Origin: Rhodothermales bacterium
Lineage (GTDB): Bacteria > Bacteroidota > Rhodothermia > Rhodothermales > Bin80
Direction of reading: 5' to 3'
DNA: 64,000 nt
NCBI GenBank assembly: GCA_963663495.1
Contig: OY760427.1
Span: 2,524,040-2,588,039, forward strand
Shown here: positions 1-9,730 of the stretch, piece by piece
Layout of the letters: each line of letters opens with the position of its first letter
Numbering within the stretch: position 1 is the first letter of the stretch
Position numbers and translations under genes: made by a program
The notes under the pieces: model-generated
Databases searched by the model: none
Told to the model about the DNA's origin: nothing
The model's input: the letters and a program-made list of their open reading frames with translations, nothing else

Positions 1-2344
1 ACAGGGCGTCAAGGGCCTGCCACCTTGGGGGCTCCCCGGTGGGAGCTGTATTGAGTCGGATAATGGTCGTCGGGGGCAGGTAAAGTTCCTCAATGTGCAT
101 CAGCACACCAGGCTCGGCCTTAGCGAGGCGCTCACCTTGGCTTGGCGTGATGCCAAACATCATGTTCAACACATCCGCTCCTGATCCGCAGGCCTCAACG
201 AACTGAGTGAGGGAGAGATCTTGAACTTCCCCGAGGCGTTTGATCGCTTCGGACAGTCGTCCCCCTACCTGTTCACGGAGGAGTTTGAATAGCGGTTCGC
301 GATCGCCGGCTGCGGTCACCTCCACCTGCACCTGGTCACGGAATTTCCTGTTAACGGCCTTCGCTGCACCGTCCAGTAGTCGGAATTCCTGCGCCTTGCA
401 GTCCTCCCATTCCGCCAGCAGGCTGCAGCGGCGCTCGGCGTGGGCCTTCTCGGTGCGTTGGACCGACTCCTGCCGCTTACTCAGAGGCCCCAACGCCTCA
501 ATCTGCCGCCGCACGCGCATGAACTCTTCGCCATCCCAGCGTGACTTCTGCAGCTCTCGGAGGATCTTCTCGTAAGTCTCCTGAACATTTTTCTTACGCA
601 TCTCCCACTTGGTGCGCACCGCGGCGACTCCCTGGTTGGCGCTCGCTAGCGCCTGCTCCAGCTTGATCGTGATTTGCTGAAGCTCAACATCTAACTTTTC
701 GAAGATGCGGTTCAGGCGCTCAAGGATCACCTTCCCAGGCAGATCCTCAAGCGCCTTGGCGGAGAGGAACACGCGGTCCAGCGGGACTTCCTGATTCAGG
801 ATTTTCAGACATTCGTTGAATAACGCGAGGCGCTCTGGAACGGAGGCAAGCAATCGCTCCTCGCGCACTAGCAAACTTTGTTCTTTGAGTCGGTCCTCAA
901 GCCCTGCTTCGCGAAAACGCTCCAGCGTCTCTTCAAGGCTCGGAAGCGCCGCCAAACGCTCCTCAATATGCATCCGATCGGCACGCGTTTTGAGCAGGTT
1001 ACTGCGACTCACCTCAAGCGCGCGGCGCAGATCGGCTTTCCTACGCGGAAGGTCGTCATCGCTCCTGACGAATCTGTCTAGCAGGCGGGTCAGCTTCTCG
1101 CCACTCCTGGTCAGCTCCGAGATTTCGTGCTGACCATAGATCTCAACATCTGGCAGTATTTCCTTGGGCGAAAGGCTGGATACCTCGCCATGTTCGTCCC
1201 GGACCAGCGGCGGGTTCGGGATTGTGCGTTCAATGGTGTACTCGCGAACCGCCGGACGATGGACGCGGACCCGGAGCGAAATCTTAGTCCCGTTCTTTAG
1301 GACATGGCGAATGATGCCCTGGTGGGCCCTGCGGGCCTCATCGCCGATGGCCTCAACACCCAGCACCGTGCGGATGCTCTCAATCACAGTCGACTTGCCG
1401 GTCCCGCGGCCCCCGACCAAGACATTGAGGTTCGGATTGAAGTGAATAGCGGCGCCATCAAGAAATCCTCCTTCCCACGCGATTGCGACGAGCTCAAAGT
1501 GCGCCTCCAGTTTCAGCTTGCCTGCCTTGGAATTTCGGCGGATACGCGAGCCGGGGTCCAGAAAAGCTTGGCGCAGCCCCTCAATCGTTACCTCTGACAT
1601 CTTGATCCAGCAGGTGGCCGATCGATCGTTGAGGTCTTCGGGCTCGGCGATATCCTTCGCGTTAACGACGGCGATAGCAAGGTCATCCTCGGCAGCCGGG
1701 TCGCGCCGATAGTCAGGGTTCCTGTTCTCCACGATCTGCCTGTAGGCGCAAGGCAACTCGCTAACGGAGCCGGGAATCTGGATCGCCTGCAGATCCTCGC
1801 TCTGCCACATCTGGATTCGCGGCTGACCAGTTAAATCCTTGAGCAAGCCGCTATCGTTAGTCACATGGGCAGCAATCGCGACACCGCCCTGCTCGCGCAC
1901 CTTTGCAAGGATATCCACAAAGGACTTATCAGCCAACTTGGTTGAGGGCTCCGTGTCTGTTATGCCGAACCCACCGAGGTAGCGCTCCAGGAGGCTATCC
2001 GAAGTATCGGGGGCATAGATGCACAAAACGTGAACACCCTCGCATGACGACAACTCGAAGCCGGGCAAGATATGGATTCCATGCCCTTTGGCTGCATCTT
2101 GAAACCCGCGAACACCGCCAATATGGTTGTGATCGGTGATGGCGAGCACGGAGATGTTGAGGTCCAATGCCTTGTGAACAATCGCTTCGGCATAGTCAAC
2201 CGCGTCGCCGGACGGTACAAGGCCCCGGTATGTGGACGCGTAATGGTGAGGGTTAACCTGAAGCGCGCAACGATGAAATAACGCGCCGCGCGGGAGGGTC
2301 TTTGCCTTGGTGATTACATCGCTGGTAGCCACGGGGCACCTCAT
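1..2344 (-). CDS. PHP-phosphoesterase + SMC-like P-loop ATPase (TrlF/Ppl-like putative defence protein), 3' end runs off the window
   Basis: Manual translation of the minus strand from ATG 2344 gives an open frame to base 2 (absent from the ORF track because there is no stop). It shows PHP motifs (RCALQVNP, LAITDHN, PGFEL, IAAHV), Walker A GGRGTGKST and coiled-coil segments. It ends at WQALDAL, where an LSxGQ ABC signature would be expected next. Confidence 0.8.
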   Translation of the reverse strand, partial: MRCPVATSDVITKAKTLPRGALFHRCALQVNPHHYASTYRGLVPSGDAVDYAEAIVHKALDLNISVLAITDHNHIGGVRGFQDAAKGHGIHILPGFELSSCEGVHVLCIYAPDTSDSLLERYLGGFGITDTEPSTKLADKSFVDILAKVREQGGVAIAAHVTNDSGLLKDLTGQPRIQMWQSEDLQAIQIPGSVSELPCAYRQIVENRNPDYRRDPAAEDDLAIAVVNAKDIAEPEDLNDRSATCWIKMSEVTIEGLRQAFLDPGSRIRRNSKAGKLKLEAHFELVAIAWEGGFLDGAAIHFNPNLNVLVGGRGTGKSTVIESIRTVLGVEAIGDEARRAHQGIIRHVLKNGTKISLRVRVHRPAVREYTIERTIPNPPLVRDEHGEVSSLSPKEILPDVEIYGQHEISELTRSGEKLTRLLDRFVRSDDDLPRRKADLRRALEVSRSNLLKTRADRMHIEERLAALPSLEETLERFREAGLEDRLKEQSLLVREERLLASVPERLALFNECLKILNQEVPLDRVFLSAKALEDLPGKVILERLNRIFEKLDVELQQITIKLEQALASANQGVAAVRTKWEMRKKNVQETYEKILRELQKSRWDGEEFMRVRRQIEALGPLSKRQESVQRTEKAHAERRCSLLAEWEDCKAQEFRLLDGAAKAVNRKFRDQVQVEVTAAGDREPLFKLLREQVGGRLSEAIKRLGEVQDLSLTQFVEACGSGADVLNMMFGITPSQGERLAKAEPGVLMHIEELYLPPTTIIRLNTAPTGEPPRWQALDAL

Positions 2345-2607
2345 GCTTCAAGTGGTCCTACTTTGTTGGAGCGGAGATGTGCCAGTCATAGCCCGAGTAT
2401 AATGAAGCTCTAGGTTAGGAGAAACCTTCCCCGTGGACGCTGATTTTGATTGTCCATACTTAGAGTTAGTGGTTGCCGCGCAGTACCGTCTGCTCCTTCA
2501 AGTCAGACGGTGGTCTTGGTGGTTGATAAGATCATATCGTAGGACCCCGCACCGGCAAGGCGATCTATCTTGGCTCGTCTATCCGTTAACCAATCCGCGG
2601 AGATCTT

Positions 2608-3355
2608 ATGGAACAACAACCCTTACCATTCACTTCAGCCTCCTCGCTGTTTATCGGCATGGATGTGCACAAAAAGACCGTAGTGCTTTGCGTGTACGAA
2701 AGCAATGCGGGCGTGCGTAATTGACGAACGACAATTATCAAATGATCGACCGAAGATTCACAAGTATTTCCGAAAAATTCAGCGTTGCTACGGTGTTGTA
2801 CTGTGCTGCTATGAAGCGCCGTCCTGCGGGTTTGGCTTGCAGCGGGCGCTGAAAGCGCAGGGCGTTTCGTGTGAAGTAATCGCTCCGTCATATATTCCGC
2901 GCCGGTCTGGCGAGCGCGTGAAGACGGATCGACGGGATGCGAAGGAGCTCGCTACACTGTATGCCGCTGGACTGCTGATGCCGGTGTGTATGCCGGAAGA
3001 AGAGCAGGAAGCGGCACGATCTCTTCCGCGCTGCCGCGCAGACTTGGTGAAGTCCACAACGCAATCCAAACAGCGCATTCTGTCCTTTCTTCAAGTCCGG
3101 GGTTTTCGGTTTACGGGTGGATCGAACTGGACGAAAGGCTTTTCGCACATGGATCCGTACCCTAACGATGACGGGTACGGCATGGTGCCAGATTTAGTAG
3201 GTCTATTTTTTCAAGACCGACTAGGAATGGGTCCGAGATACGATTTCGGCACACATTATAGCAGGGCTTTTCGGAGCTTCGGAAGGTGTGCCGCACAGGG
3301 AAGCTTGCATAATCGGCGTTCGGTTTCCAGCACGGCCACTGCTACCCATCGGTGA
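2608..3355 (+). pseudogene. IS110-family transposase, frameshifted and degenerate
   Basis: ATG 2608 gives MEQQ...FIGMDVHKKT (DEDD N-terminal motif). A frameshift near 2705 leads into CYEAPSCGFGL...VKTDRRDAKELA. The C-terminus is degenerate. Confidence 0.8.
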
Positions 3356-3570
3356 CGCTGATCTGAATTTACCCAACATCTGATCTATCGTGTTTGATTA
3401 CTCAGTTGGCCGTTAACGTTTGTTTGGTGACCTTTGTACCATGCCAAACTACCACTCCGAACGAGACCGAAAAAGGGAATGCGCGGGCACTTATTGGATC
3501 CGCCTCTCAACGCAGTCCCTCCCCAGAGAATGTGCGTATCCGTTACCCTGAACAATAATAACCTTGATTT

Positions 3571-3807
3571 GGGGATTATAGTACGTGAGTGACCAACTGT
3601 ACACAGTGAGGCACTAGTATCAATTTCATGGGTCATAGGGGTCGGTAACCCGAACGCCCCTCGCCGTGCAGCAGCCCCAATCCCGGAGGCCAGTATGTTT
3701 GCAGCCGCATTCAGGTCTGCATGATCCGTATGTCCACAGGACATACACTTGAATTTGCTCTGCGTCTTACGGTTACTCGCTTCTGTGTGCCCACACACAG
3801 AACACCG
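3571..3807 (-). pseudogene. tnpB: 3' remnant of a tnpB element (Zn finger, RuvC-III, omegaRNA core, right TIR)
   Basis: Near-identical to 6986-7221 (RCSVCGHTEASNRKTQSKF.CMSCGH.DHADLNAAANIL). Ends in GGGGATTATAGTACGTGAGTG at 3571. Confidence 0.85.
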
Positions 3808-3825
3808 CGGCGGCGTGCCATAGCA

Positions 3826-4129
3826 GGGAGTGATACCTGCCCCCCAGCGTCGTTGCCGCGCCAACGTTTAGTGCGATGGCAACGGGGATTTGGAAGAGAA
3901 CTGTAAAGACGCCAGAGCTACCGGGCGTTATAGCGCCGACGTATGTCCATCGCATAGGCGTGCGCCTCGCGCATCCCAAATGATGCTACGCTTCCCGCAT
4001 CCCCGGTGCAAGCATCATTCCGGTCCGAGGGCTCCGCACCTCTTGAAAGAACCAATCACTACACCGAACTTGCAAAACAGATTAATAAATATTATACAGT
4101 GTCGGGTATCTGAACTGGGCACACGGTAG
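3826..4129 (+). mobile_element. Right-end fragment of the DUF4338-IS4 element
   Basis: Near-identical to the reverse complement of 39934-~40240. Ends ...ACACGGTAG at 4129, followed by CACTAGCC (CTAG-centred like the TSD at 39926/42635). Confidence 0.85.
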
Positions 4130-4434
4130 CACTAGCCTCTGAAAAAGGACTTCACCGGCAGGAGAAGAGGGGGAGAAAGATGCCTTGGACCGTATAGTTC
4201 ATGTACATGTGCGTCCTCCACAATGTTCCGGTTCTTCTCCCCAAAACCCATGTTTTTTGTCCCAAAAGACGCTGATTGCTGACTGCATTCAGGCGCCTGG
4301 ACGATAAGCTGCACACCACTTCGAAATTCCCATATCGGCACACCAAACCCGGCGTATAATCACCTTGCACTAAGCTCTACAAGCGGACTACGCAGACCAA
4401 TGCTAAGCCCGCTTTACCATGTACTTTACCGTAC

Positions 4435-6041
4435 GAGCCTTTTGCAAAACCCCGGTGTATTCGGCGGCGGTGGCGACCCAAATGCCCAAATTTTCGGGTT
4501 TTTCGACATTACGCCGGGAGCATTGGCATGTGTTGCCTTTGGATCCAGATGTATAGGCGGTCCATAGGCGATGAAGGCTTCCCGGGGGGGCGAATTCGGG
4601 GCAGAATCCGTGCTTTGTGGGCACACCCATACTTGGCTCCTGCTTCGCACAAAACCCGATTAGCGCAATTTACGTCTGGATTCCTGTCTCTATTGCACCA
4701 TACGCAACAGCTGATCTACCGTCAGTACCAGCACGCCGAACATCAAGTGGCATGTCACCTTCTTGTGCCCACGCACGCGGACATTACGACCACCAAACTC
4801 ATCCTTGAGCCGCCCGAAGGCTCGCTCAACCGTTGAGCGCTCCCTGTAACGAACATCCTCAGGCGGTACCAATCCGGCTGCTCGCTGGGCCGTTTTCTCG
4901 CGGATAAGCGCCGCCTTACCTTTGCGTCGCGGATTATGGTCGATAATCGGCACATGCCCCAAGCCTTTACTGTGCTCGTGAATCTGCTTCGCGTCGTATG
5001 CACTGTCCATCAGATCATACAAATTGCGTACCCGCAGTTGAGATATCGTAGCCAACGGAATCGCCGCCTAGCTATCATGCAAAGATGCAGAGGAAACAAA
5101 ACCGCTGATCGGTACTCCTCCGTCGGCCACATCCATGTGCAACTTGTACACCGTCCATTTCTGCGTATATCCCTTCGCATTGCGCTTAACGCCTACCGTA
5201 TATCGCTTCGGTAACTCCTCCAACATCTCCTCTATCCCCATGGTACGCTGGCGCACCAGCCGCGGCAACTCCTTCGGAGGCTTTTCATCCTTGGTAGGAT
5301 GCGATGATTTGCACTCTTCTGGACGCTCCGACTCCTTTTTCAGTACCGGCTTCTCTCGCGCTGCTATTGCGGTCGAATCACGCGATAGGTGCCCCACCAA
5401 CTGCTCCGAATACCCCTCCTTTATCAGGGCCTCATGTACACGCGTCGGCAAATCCGCCTCTGAAAATTCCCTGAACACACGTGAAAAGGTCGCCTCACTC
5501 GGCACATCCTCTAACCGATGCCAACCACCCAAACGCCGCAGCGTCGGTTCCGAACGCAACCGCTCCACCAACGCTCTGGTCGTATCCATATTGAACACCA
5601 TCTTCGCTAGGAACGCCCGCGCGAGGGCAGCACGGCTCTTCAACGGACGCCCGGGTATACCGTCCTGAGCACTGGGCAGAAAGCGCTCAACTCGCACCAT
5701 CTCCAGTACCGAGAGCAGCTTCTTATGGCGCCCCTCCAAGGGGCCAATCGTTTCCTCCACCCAGGGGAAAAGCTCCCGTTGGCAGTTGATCCAGAAACCG
5801 CTTAACTTGGAATTGAAGGACATGAGAACCTTCGTTTCTTGCGAGTTTAGTTTCTCCTCCAAAGATACCTGACACGGAGGTTCCAGTCCCTCAAGTGTGC
5901 TTGTTAGCACACATTTTCATGGCCTGTAGAATCCTCCATCTGCACCCGCCGAGCAGTCAAATCTACCTGACCAGCCCCCTATCTTAGGAAATCGCATTTT
6001 CAGACAAAAACACCCCGATTCAAGGGTTTTGCAAAAGGCTC
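4435..6041 (-). mobile_element. IS5/IS1182-like (DUF772) insertion sequence
   Basis: Perfect 18-bp TIRs GAGCCTTTTGCAAAACCC (4435-4452) and GGGTTTTGCAAAAGGCTC (6024-6041), with GTAC on both flanks. Confidence 0.8.
4690..5823 (-). pseudogene. DUF772/DDE transposase with one in-frame stop
   Basis: ORFs 5068-5910 and 4690-5055 are in the same frame, separated by TAG in HDS*AAIPL. Motifs: VPSEATFSR, SRDSTAI, YKLHMD, MDSAYD, RSTVERAFGRLK. Confidence 0.8.
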
Positions 6042-6403
6042 GTACGGATACGCGGCGTGCAGGGAAACACCTTTCGGGAGGAACGCTAAGACATTGATCG
6101 GGGATCCGAATGGCCCGAGCCAACTTTCTGGGCCAGATCCTCAACGACAGGAATCGGCCGCTCAGTACCAGTGCTGTGTTCCCAGGGATTACTCGCTTCA
6201 CCCAGCCCCTGAGCCCCAGTTGTCGCCTCTCGTTTATCCGCTACTCGTTGCCTTAGCGTCCGCTGCCCCAGGGCAGCGGACAACCGGCCATGGCTTCTGG
6301 AAGATTATCGTCGTCATGGCCACCGTCCCCATAACGCGGCCAGTGCTCAAAGGAGACTCTGCACCACGGCAAAGTGATTTTTCCCGTTGTCGTTGCCTAC
6401 GCA

Positions 6404-6985
6404 CTACTCCTGCGACCCCGGCACCCAATGCTCTACAAGCACGGAACGGCCAATTATTTCAACGATGCGCATATAGCACTCAACGCCGTCCGAGTCGGTC
6501 AACCGGAGTGCTTCGCCGGGAACAAACGGAACCGGCTGCGGCCGACCCCGGCCAACGGAGATATTCCAAGCATACAGATAGGTGCGATCCAGCGTGTCGC
6601 GTATGGGGTTTAACCGCCCCTTCAAGCCGGGTAGACGGCCTGTCGCCTCGGCGAAGATGGCACTTCCGCCCTGCGGCAGCGGAGTCAGTTCAAGAGCGAG
6701 AGCACCGGTAGCGGGCAACCATTCACGCACTAGGCAGGCTGCATGGCCAGGTGCCGCGCCGAACACTATCATCGGCAGCTGGGTCGTATATAGTTCCACA
6801 GCGGCTTCGCCGTTCTCGTCCGCGACTGCCTGCTTCCAAGTTCGGTTCGGGAACAGCGCTAGGACACCCGCTCCTGGCAGGGGCTGATGGTCGGCTCTGA
6901 CAGTGACAACCACGCGGGAGGAAGTGGCGTCCTGCGGTGCGGCGGGGATCCGCAGCAGGATCTCCGCATCGTCAATCAATCTATA
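6404..6985 (-). pseudogene. C-terminal part of the AlbA_2/HATPase gene interrupted by the tnpB element
   Basis: YRL-IDDAEILLRIP continues in frame from RAPKYRL at 8440-8460 once the element and one TSD copy are removed. Confidence 0.8.
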
Positions 6986-6990
6986 GGGAA

Positions 6991-8238
6991 TTATATACGT
7001 GAGTGACCAACTGTACACAGTGAGGCACTAGTATCAATTTCACGGGTCATAGGGGTCGGTAACCCGAACGCCCCTCGCCGTGCAGAAGCCCCAATCCCGG
7101 AGGCCAGTATGTTTGCAGCCGCATTCAGGTCTGCATGATCCGCATGTCCACAGGACATACACGTGAATTTGCTCTGCGTCTTACGGTTACTCGCTTCTGT
7201 GTGCCCACACACAGAACACCGACTGGTATAGGCAGCGGTAACCTTTATCACCTTGCGGCACTTATAGCCCAGCATCTGATCCAACTGGCCCCAACCTGTT
7301 CGCAGTATTCCACGGTTGAGGCCAGACTTCTGTCTGACGTTTGTGCCAAAGCTCTCCATCGTCCCCTTAGCTGAACGTGTCATCGCTTTGATCTTTAGGT
7401 CCTCCAGTATCACCGTTGAGGAGCATTTGGCAATACTGCGACTTACCTGGTGGTTCGCATTCTTGAGGATGTTAGCACGCTTGCGCTGTATGCGGGCGAT
7501 TCTATGCTTCGGCCTGTTACGACGGTTGGAGCCTTTCTTCTGTCTCGCCAGTCTTCGCTGATGCCGCTTCAACTTGACATCAAGACGCTTCGTATCCGGT
7601 TGTCTGATAATGCTTGTATCGCCCTCTGTGGAGACCATAGCGATCTGCCCGCAATTACGGTCAATGCCTACAGCACTGCCGGTATCCTCTATTACAGGTG
7701 CCTCAATCTTGTAGCAGATGACAGCATACCCTTTGCCGGCGTTCTTCTTTACAGTGGCTTTGATGGGTATACCATCAGGGTACGGGTTGCCTCCCCGCCT
7801 GCGGAGCGCCATATATCCCACTTTCGGGATATACAGCTTGCCATCCCGAACCCTTACGTTATCCGGGATCGTGAACGAAGGCGTACTACCACGTCTGGAA
7901 TGGAATCTCGGTCTTCTCTTACCTTCCTTGAAGAATGCCTTCCATGCATCCGCCTGATATTTCAATGTGTATCTAACGACACCAAAGGAGTATTCAGGTA
8001 GCCACTCGACCGTGCGGCGCAGTGCCGTGAACCGCTTCCCCAGCGAGAAGAAGCTTACCGAGGGCGGCTTCTCTCCAGCCTCTTTCGCTTTCTTGTAGGC
8101 CTCGCTCTGCTCTGCGAGGATGGCATTCCACACAAACCTACACGCACCCGCTAATCCAGCAAGTTGCTTGGCGTTACTTCGACTTCCGGGCAACAGCCTG
8201 TATGTGATATTGCGGTATGCACTAACCGTTTCGGGCAT
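6991..8238 (-). CDS. tnpB: RNA-guided endonuclease TnpB, RuvC triad intact
   Basis: 415 aa. HTH (GACRFVWN), RuvC-I GIDRN, RuvC-II LEDL, Zn finger CSVC/CMSC, RuvC-III ADLNAA. Confidence 0.95.
   Translation of the reverse strand: MPETVSAYRNITYRLLPGSRSNAKQLAGLAGACRFVWNAILAEQSEAYKKAKEAGEKPPSVSFFSLGKRFTALRRTVEWLPEYSFGVVRYTLKYQADAWKAFFKEGKRRPRFHSRRGSTPSFTIPDNVRVRDGKLYIPKVGYMALRRRGGNPYPDGIPIKATVKKNAGKGYAVICYKIEAPVIEDTGSAVGIDRNCGQIAMVSTEGDTSIIRQPDTKRLDVKLKRHQRRLARQKKGSNRRNRPKHRIARIQRKRANILKNANHQVSRSIAKCSSTVILEDLKIKAMTRSAKGTMESFGTNVRQKSGLNRGILRTGWGQLDQMLGYKCRKVIKVTAAYTSRCSVCGHTEASNRKTQSKFTCMSCGHADHADLNAAANILASGIGASARRGAFGLPTPMTREIDTSASLCTVGHSRI
7031..7115 (-). ncRNA. Putative omegaRNA 3' scaffold core overlapping the tnpB 3' end
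   Basis: About 90% nucleotide identity with 52158-52243, although the two proteins are clearly diverged. It contains a 34-nt identical block, a GGGG-TCGG-GTTA-CCGA-CCCC nested stem and a CACGG/CCGTG pairing. The 5' boundary is unknown. Confidence 0.65.
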
Positions 8239-8439
8239 GGCACTGTGATATATAACTCCCTAATATATGAAAATTATATTCCATGCGTACCCACGTGTTG
8301 AGTTATTTGAAATAATTGCAGTTTTTCGTGAAAAGCGGGAACCGATTATGAACAACTGGCGAAAGCCATCCTGTCTGCACCACCAAAGCACAATAAGTAA
8401 CTCCTGCGAAAACGCGTGGCATTCAGCCATATAACTCCC

Positions 8440-9605
8440 AATCTATACTTCGGTGCCCGTCCTGATAGCTCGCGGGTCTTACGGATGATTGCAGGAACGC
8501 CATCTCCGCGGCGCTCCATGAAGTAGCGCCGGTCTGCAGAGCCGGGGGTGTCGTCCACTCCCATCCGCCCCATCACGGAGGCGATGGCCTCGTTTCGGGT
8601 CGCTTGCTTCAGCGCCATGCTCTCAATGGTCAGGCTATTGGGGAGCGTGCCGGGCGATTGGATTTCCAAGCGGTCGGAGAACATTGATAGGCGGATCCTG
8701 CTGCCGCGAATTGAATAATCTCGATGCGCCACGGCGTTCACGACCGCCTCAAAGATTGCCTTCTCACTGTACTGCGGCATGTTGATCCGTGCGGGCGTCT
8801 CGCGAGCGGCGACTCGCATGTTACGCCACGCAAACGACACCGCGGCCCTGATCTGTCGCTGGAGCGGACCGGTAATTTCCTGCGAGTCCACTTGTCCGGT
8901 CGTACGATCCGTTCCGCGATAGAGGGTTGCCGTAATGGCGGCATTGGGCAACCACTGCTCGGGGCATTGAGTGCACAATAGTACACCAGCCACGGTCGCG
9001 CATTGGACCCCGGAATCATTCGACGCGAGCAGCGCGAGCTTCGCTAGGCCGACCTCCGGCTCGGCGGCGCCCTCGGCGGTCAGCATCGGCACCCATAGCG
9101 CAGGGTCTAACGTGTCGAACCCTGTTCCCGCCACCGGCTGCTCGTCGAACCACAAGTGCCGACCCTGTGCGCGCCGCTGCCTCAACCGCATCGGTTCGTC
9201 GCCTATCAACCGGCGCTTGCTTGCTCCGACCCGGATCCAACTTCGACCGTCGTGCTCGTGCAGCGACTCGCCCCGTGGCACTTCGACCAAGACAAAGGCT
9301 TTGCCGTCCAGCTCCCGGTGATGCACATTGATGCGCAGGGCAGGCTTGATGGCGTCAGTACTCAACTCGGTCACTAGGTTGTTAAGCGTGGTCATCTGTT
9401 CGCGGGTCATACCTTGAAGGAGCCCCCCATCCGTTACGCCCATCAACAGCCGACCGCCGATCGCGTTGGCAAAAGCGATCATCTCGGCGGCGAGATGATC
9501 GCGACTGGGGCTTGCGAAACGTGTGCCAGAGAACTCTACCCGCTTGAACTCCCACCTACTGTCTTCGCCCAGTTGCAGCCGCTGCCGGATGTCCTCGTCA
9601 CGCAT
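8440..9605 (-). pseudogene. N-terminal part of an AlbA_2 (Schlafen-like) + HATPase_c_4 (RecG-C-like) protein, interrupted
   Basis: MRDEDIRQRLQLGEDSRWEFK, FANAIGGRLLMGVTD, EAVVNAVAHRDYSI, LEIQSPG. Rejoined with 6404-6977 it gives a 579-aa ORF. Confidence 0.85.
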
Positions 9606-9607
9606 CG

Positions 9608-9730
9608 TCAGAAGATCATCTCGGCGATGTACTTGGCCGCGTCTATTGAGTCGAGTAACGTATAGGACATAGCCCACAACTCGGCCTTATAGCTGGTCGT
9701 GGCGCCACTGTCATTCTGCTTGGAGGGCAT
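9608..9730 (-). pseudogene. hsdM: N-terminal remnant of type I R-M methyltransferase HsdM
   Basis: MPSKQNDSGATTSYKAELWAMSYTLLDSIDAAKY resembles the HsdM_N pattern YEAELW.MADALRGSMDAAEY. Confidence 0.55.

Larger units (their letters stand above)
6986..8439 (-). mobile_element. TIR/TSD-bounded non-autonomous tnpB element (IS1595/ISNwi1-like ends)
   Basis: Ends GGGAATTATATACGTGAGTG (6986) and the reverse complement of GGGAGTTATATGGCTGAATG (ending 8439). Direct repeat AATCTATA at 6978-6985 and 8440-8447. No transposase gene inside. Confidence 0.9.

Noticed and set aside
240-2281. Short plus-strand ORFs in the ORF track
   Set aside because: They are antisense shadows of the long minus-strand PHP-ATPase frame.
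4134-4430. Additional IS end or small gene between the IS4 fragment and the IS5-like element
   Set aside because: No partner repeat or recognisable motif was found.
8346-8439. C-terminus GVIWLNATRF... of ORF 8346-9677
   Set aside because: This is read-through into the inserted element. The true continuation is at 6404-6977.
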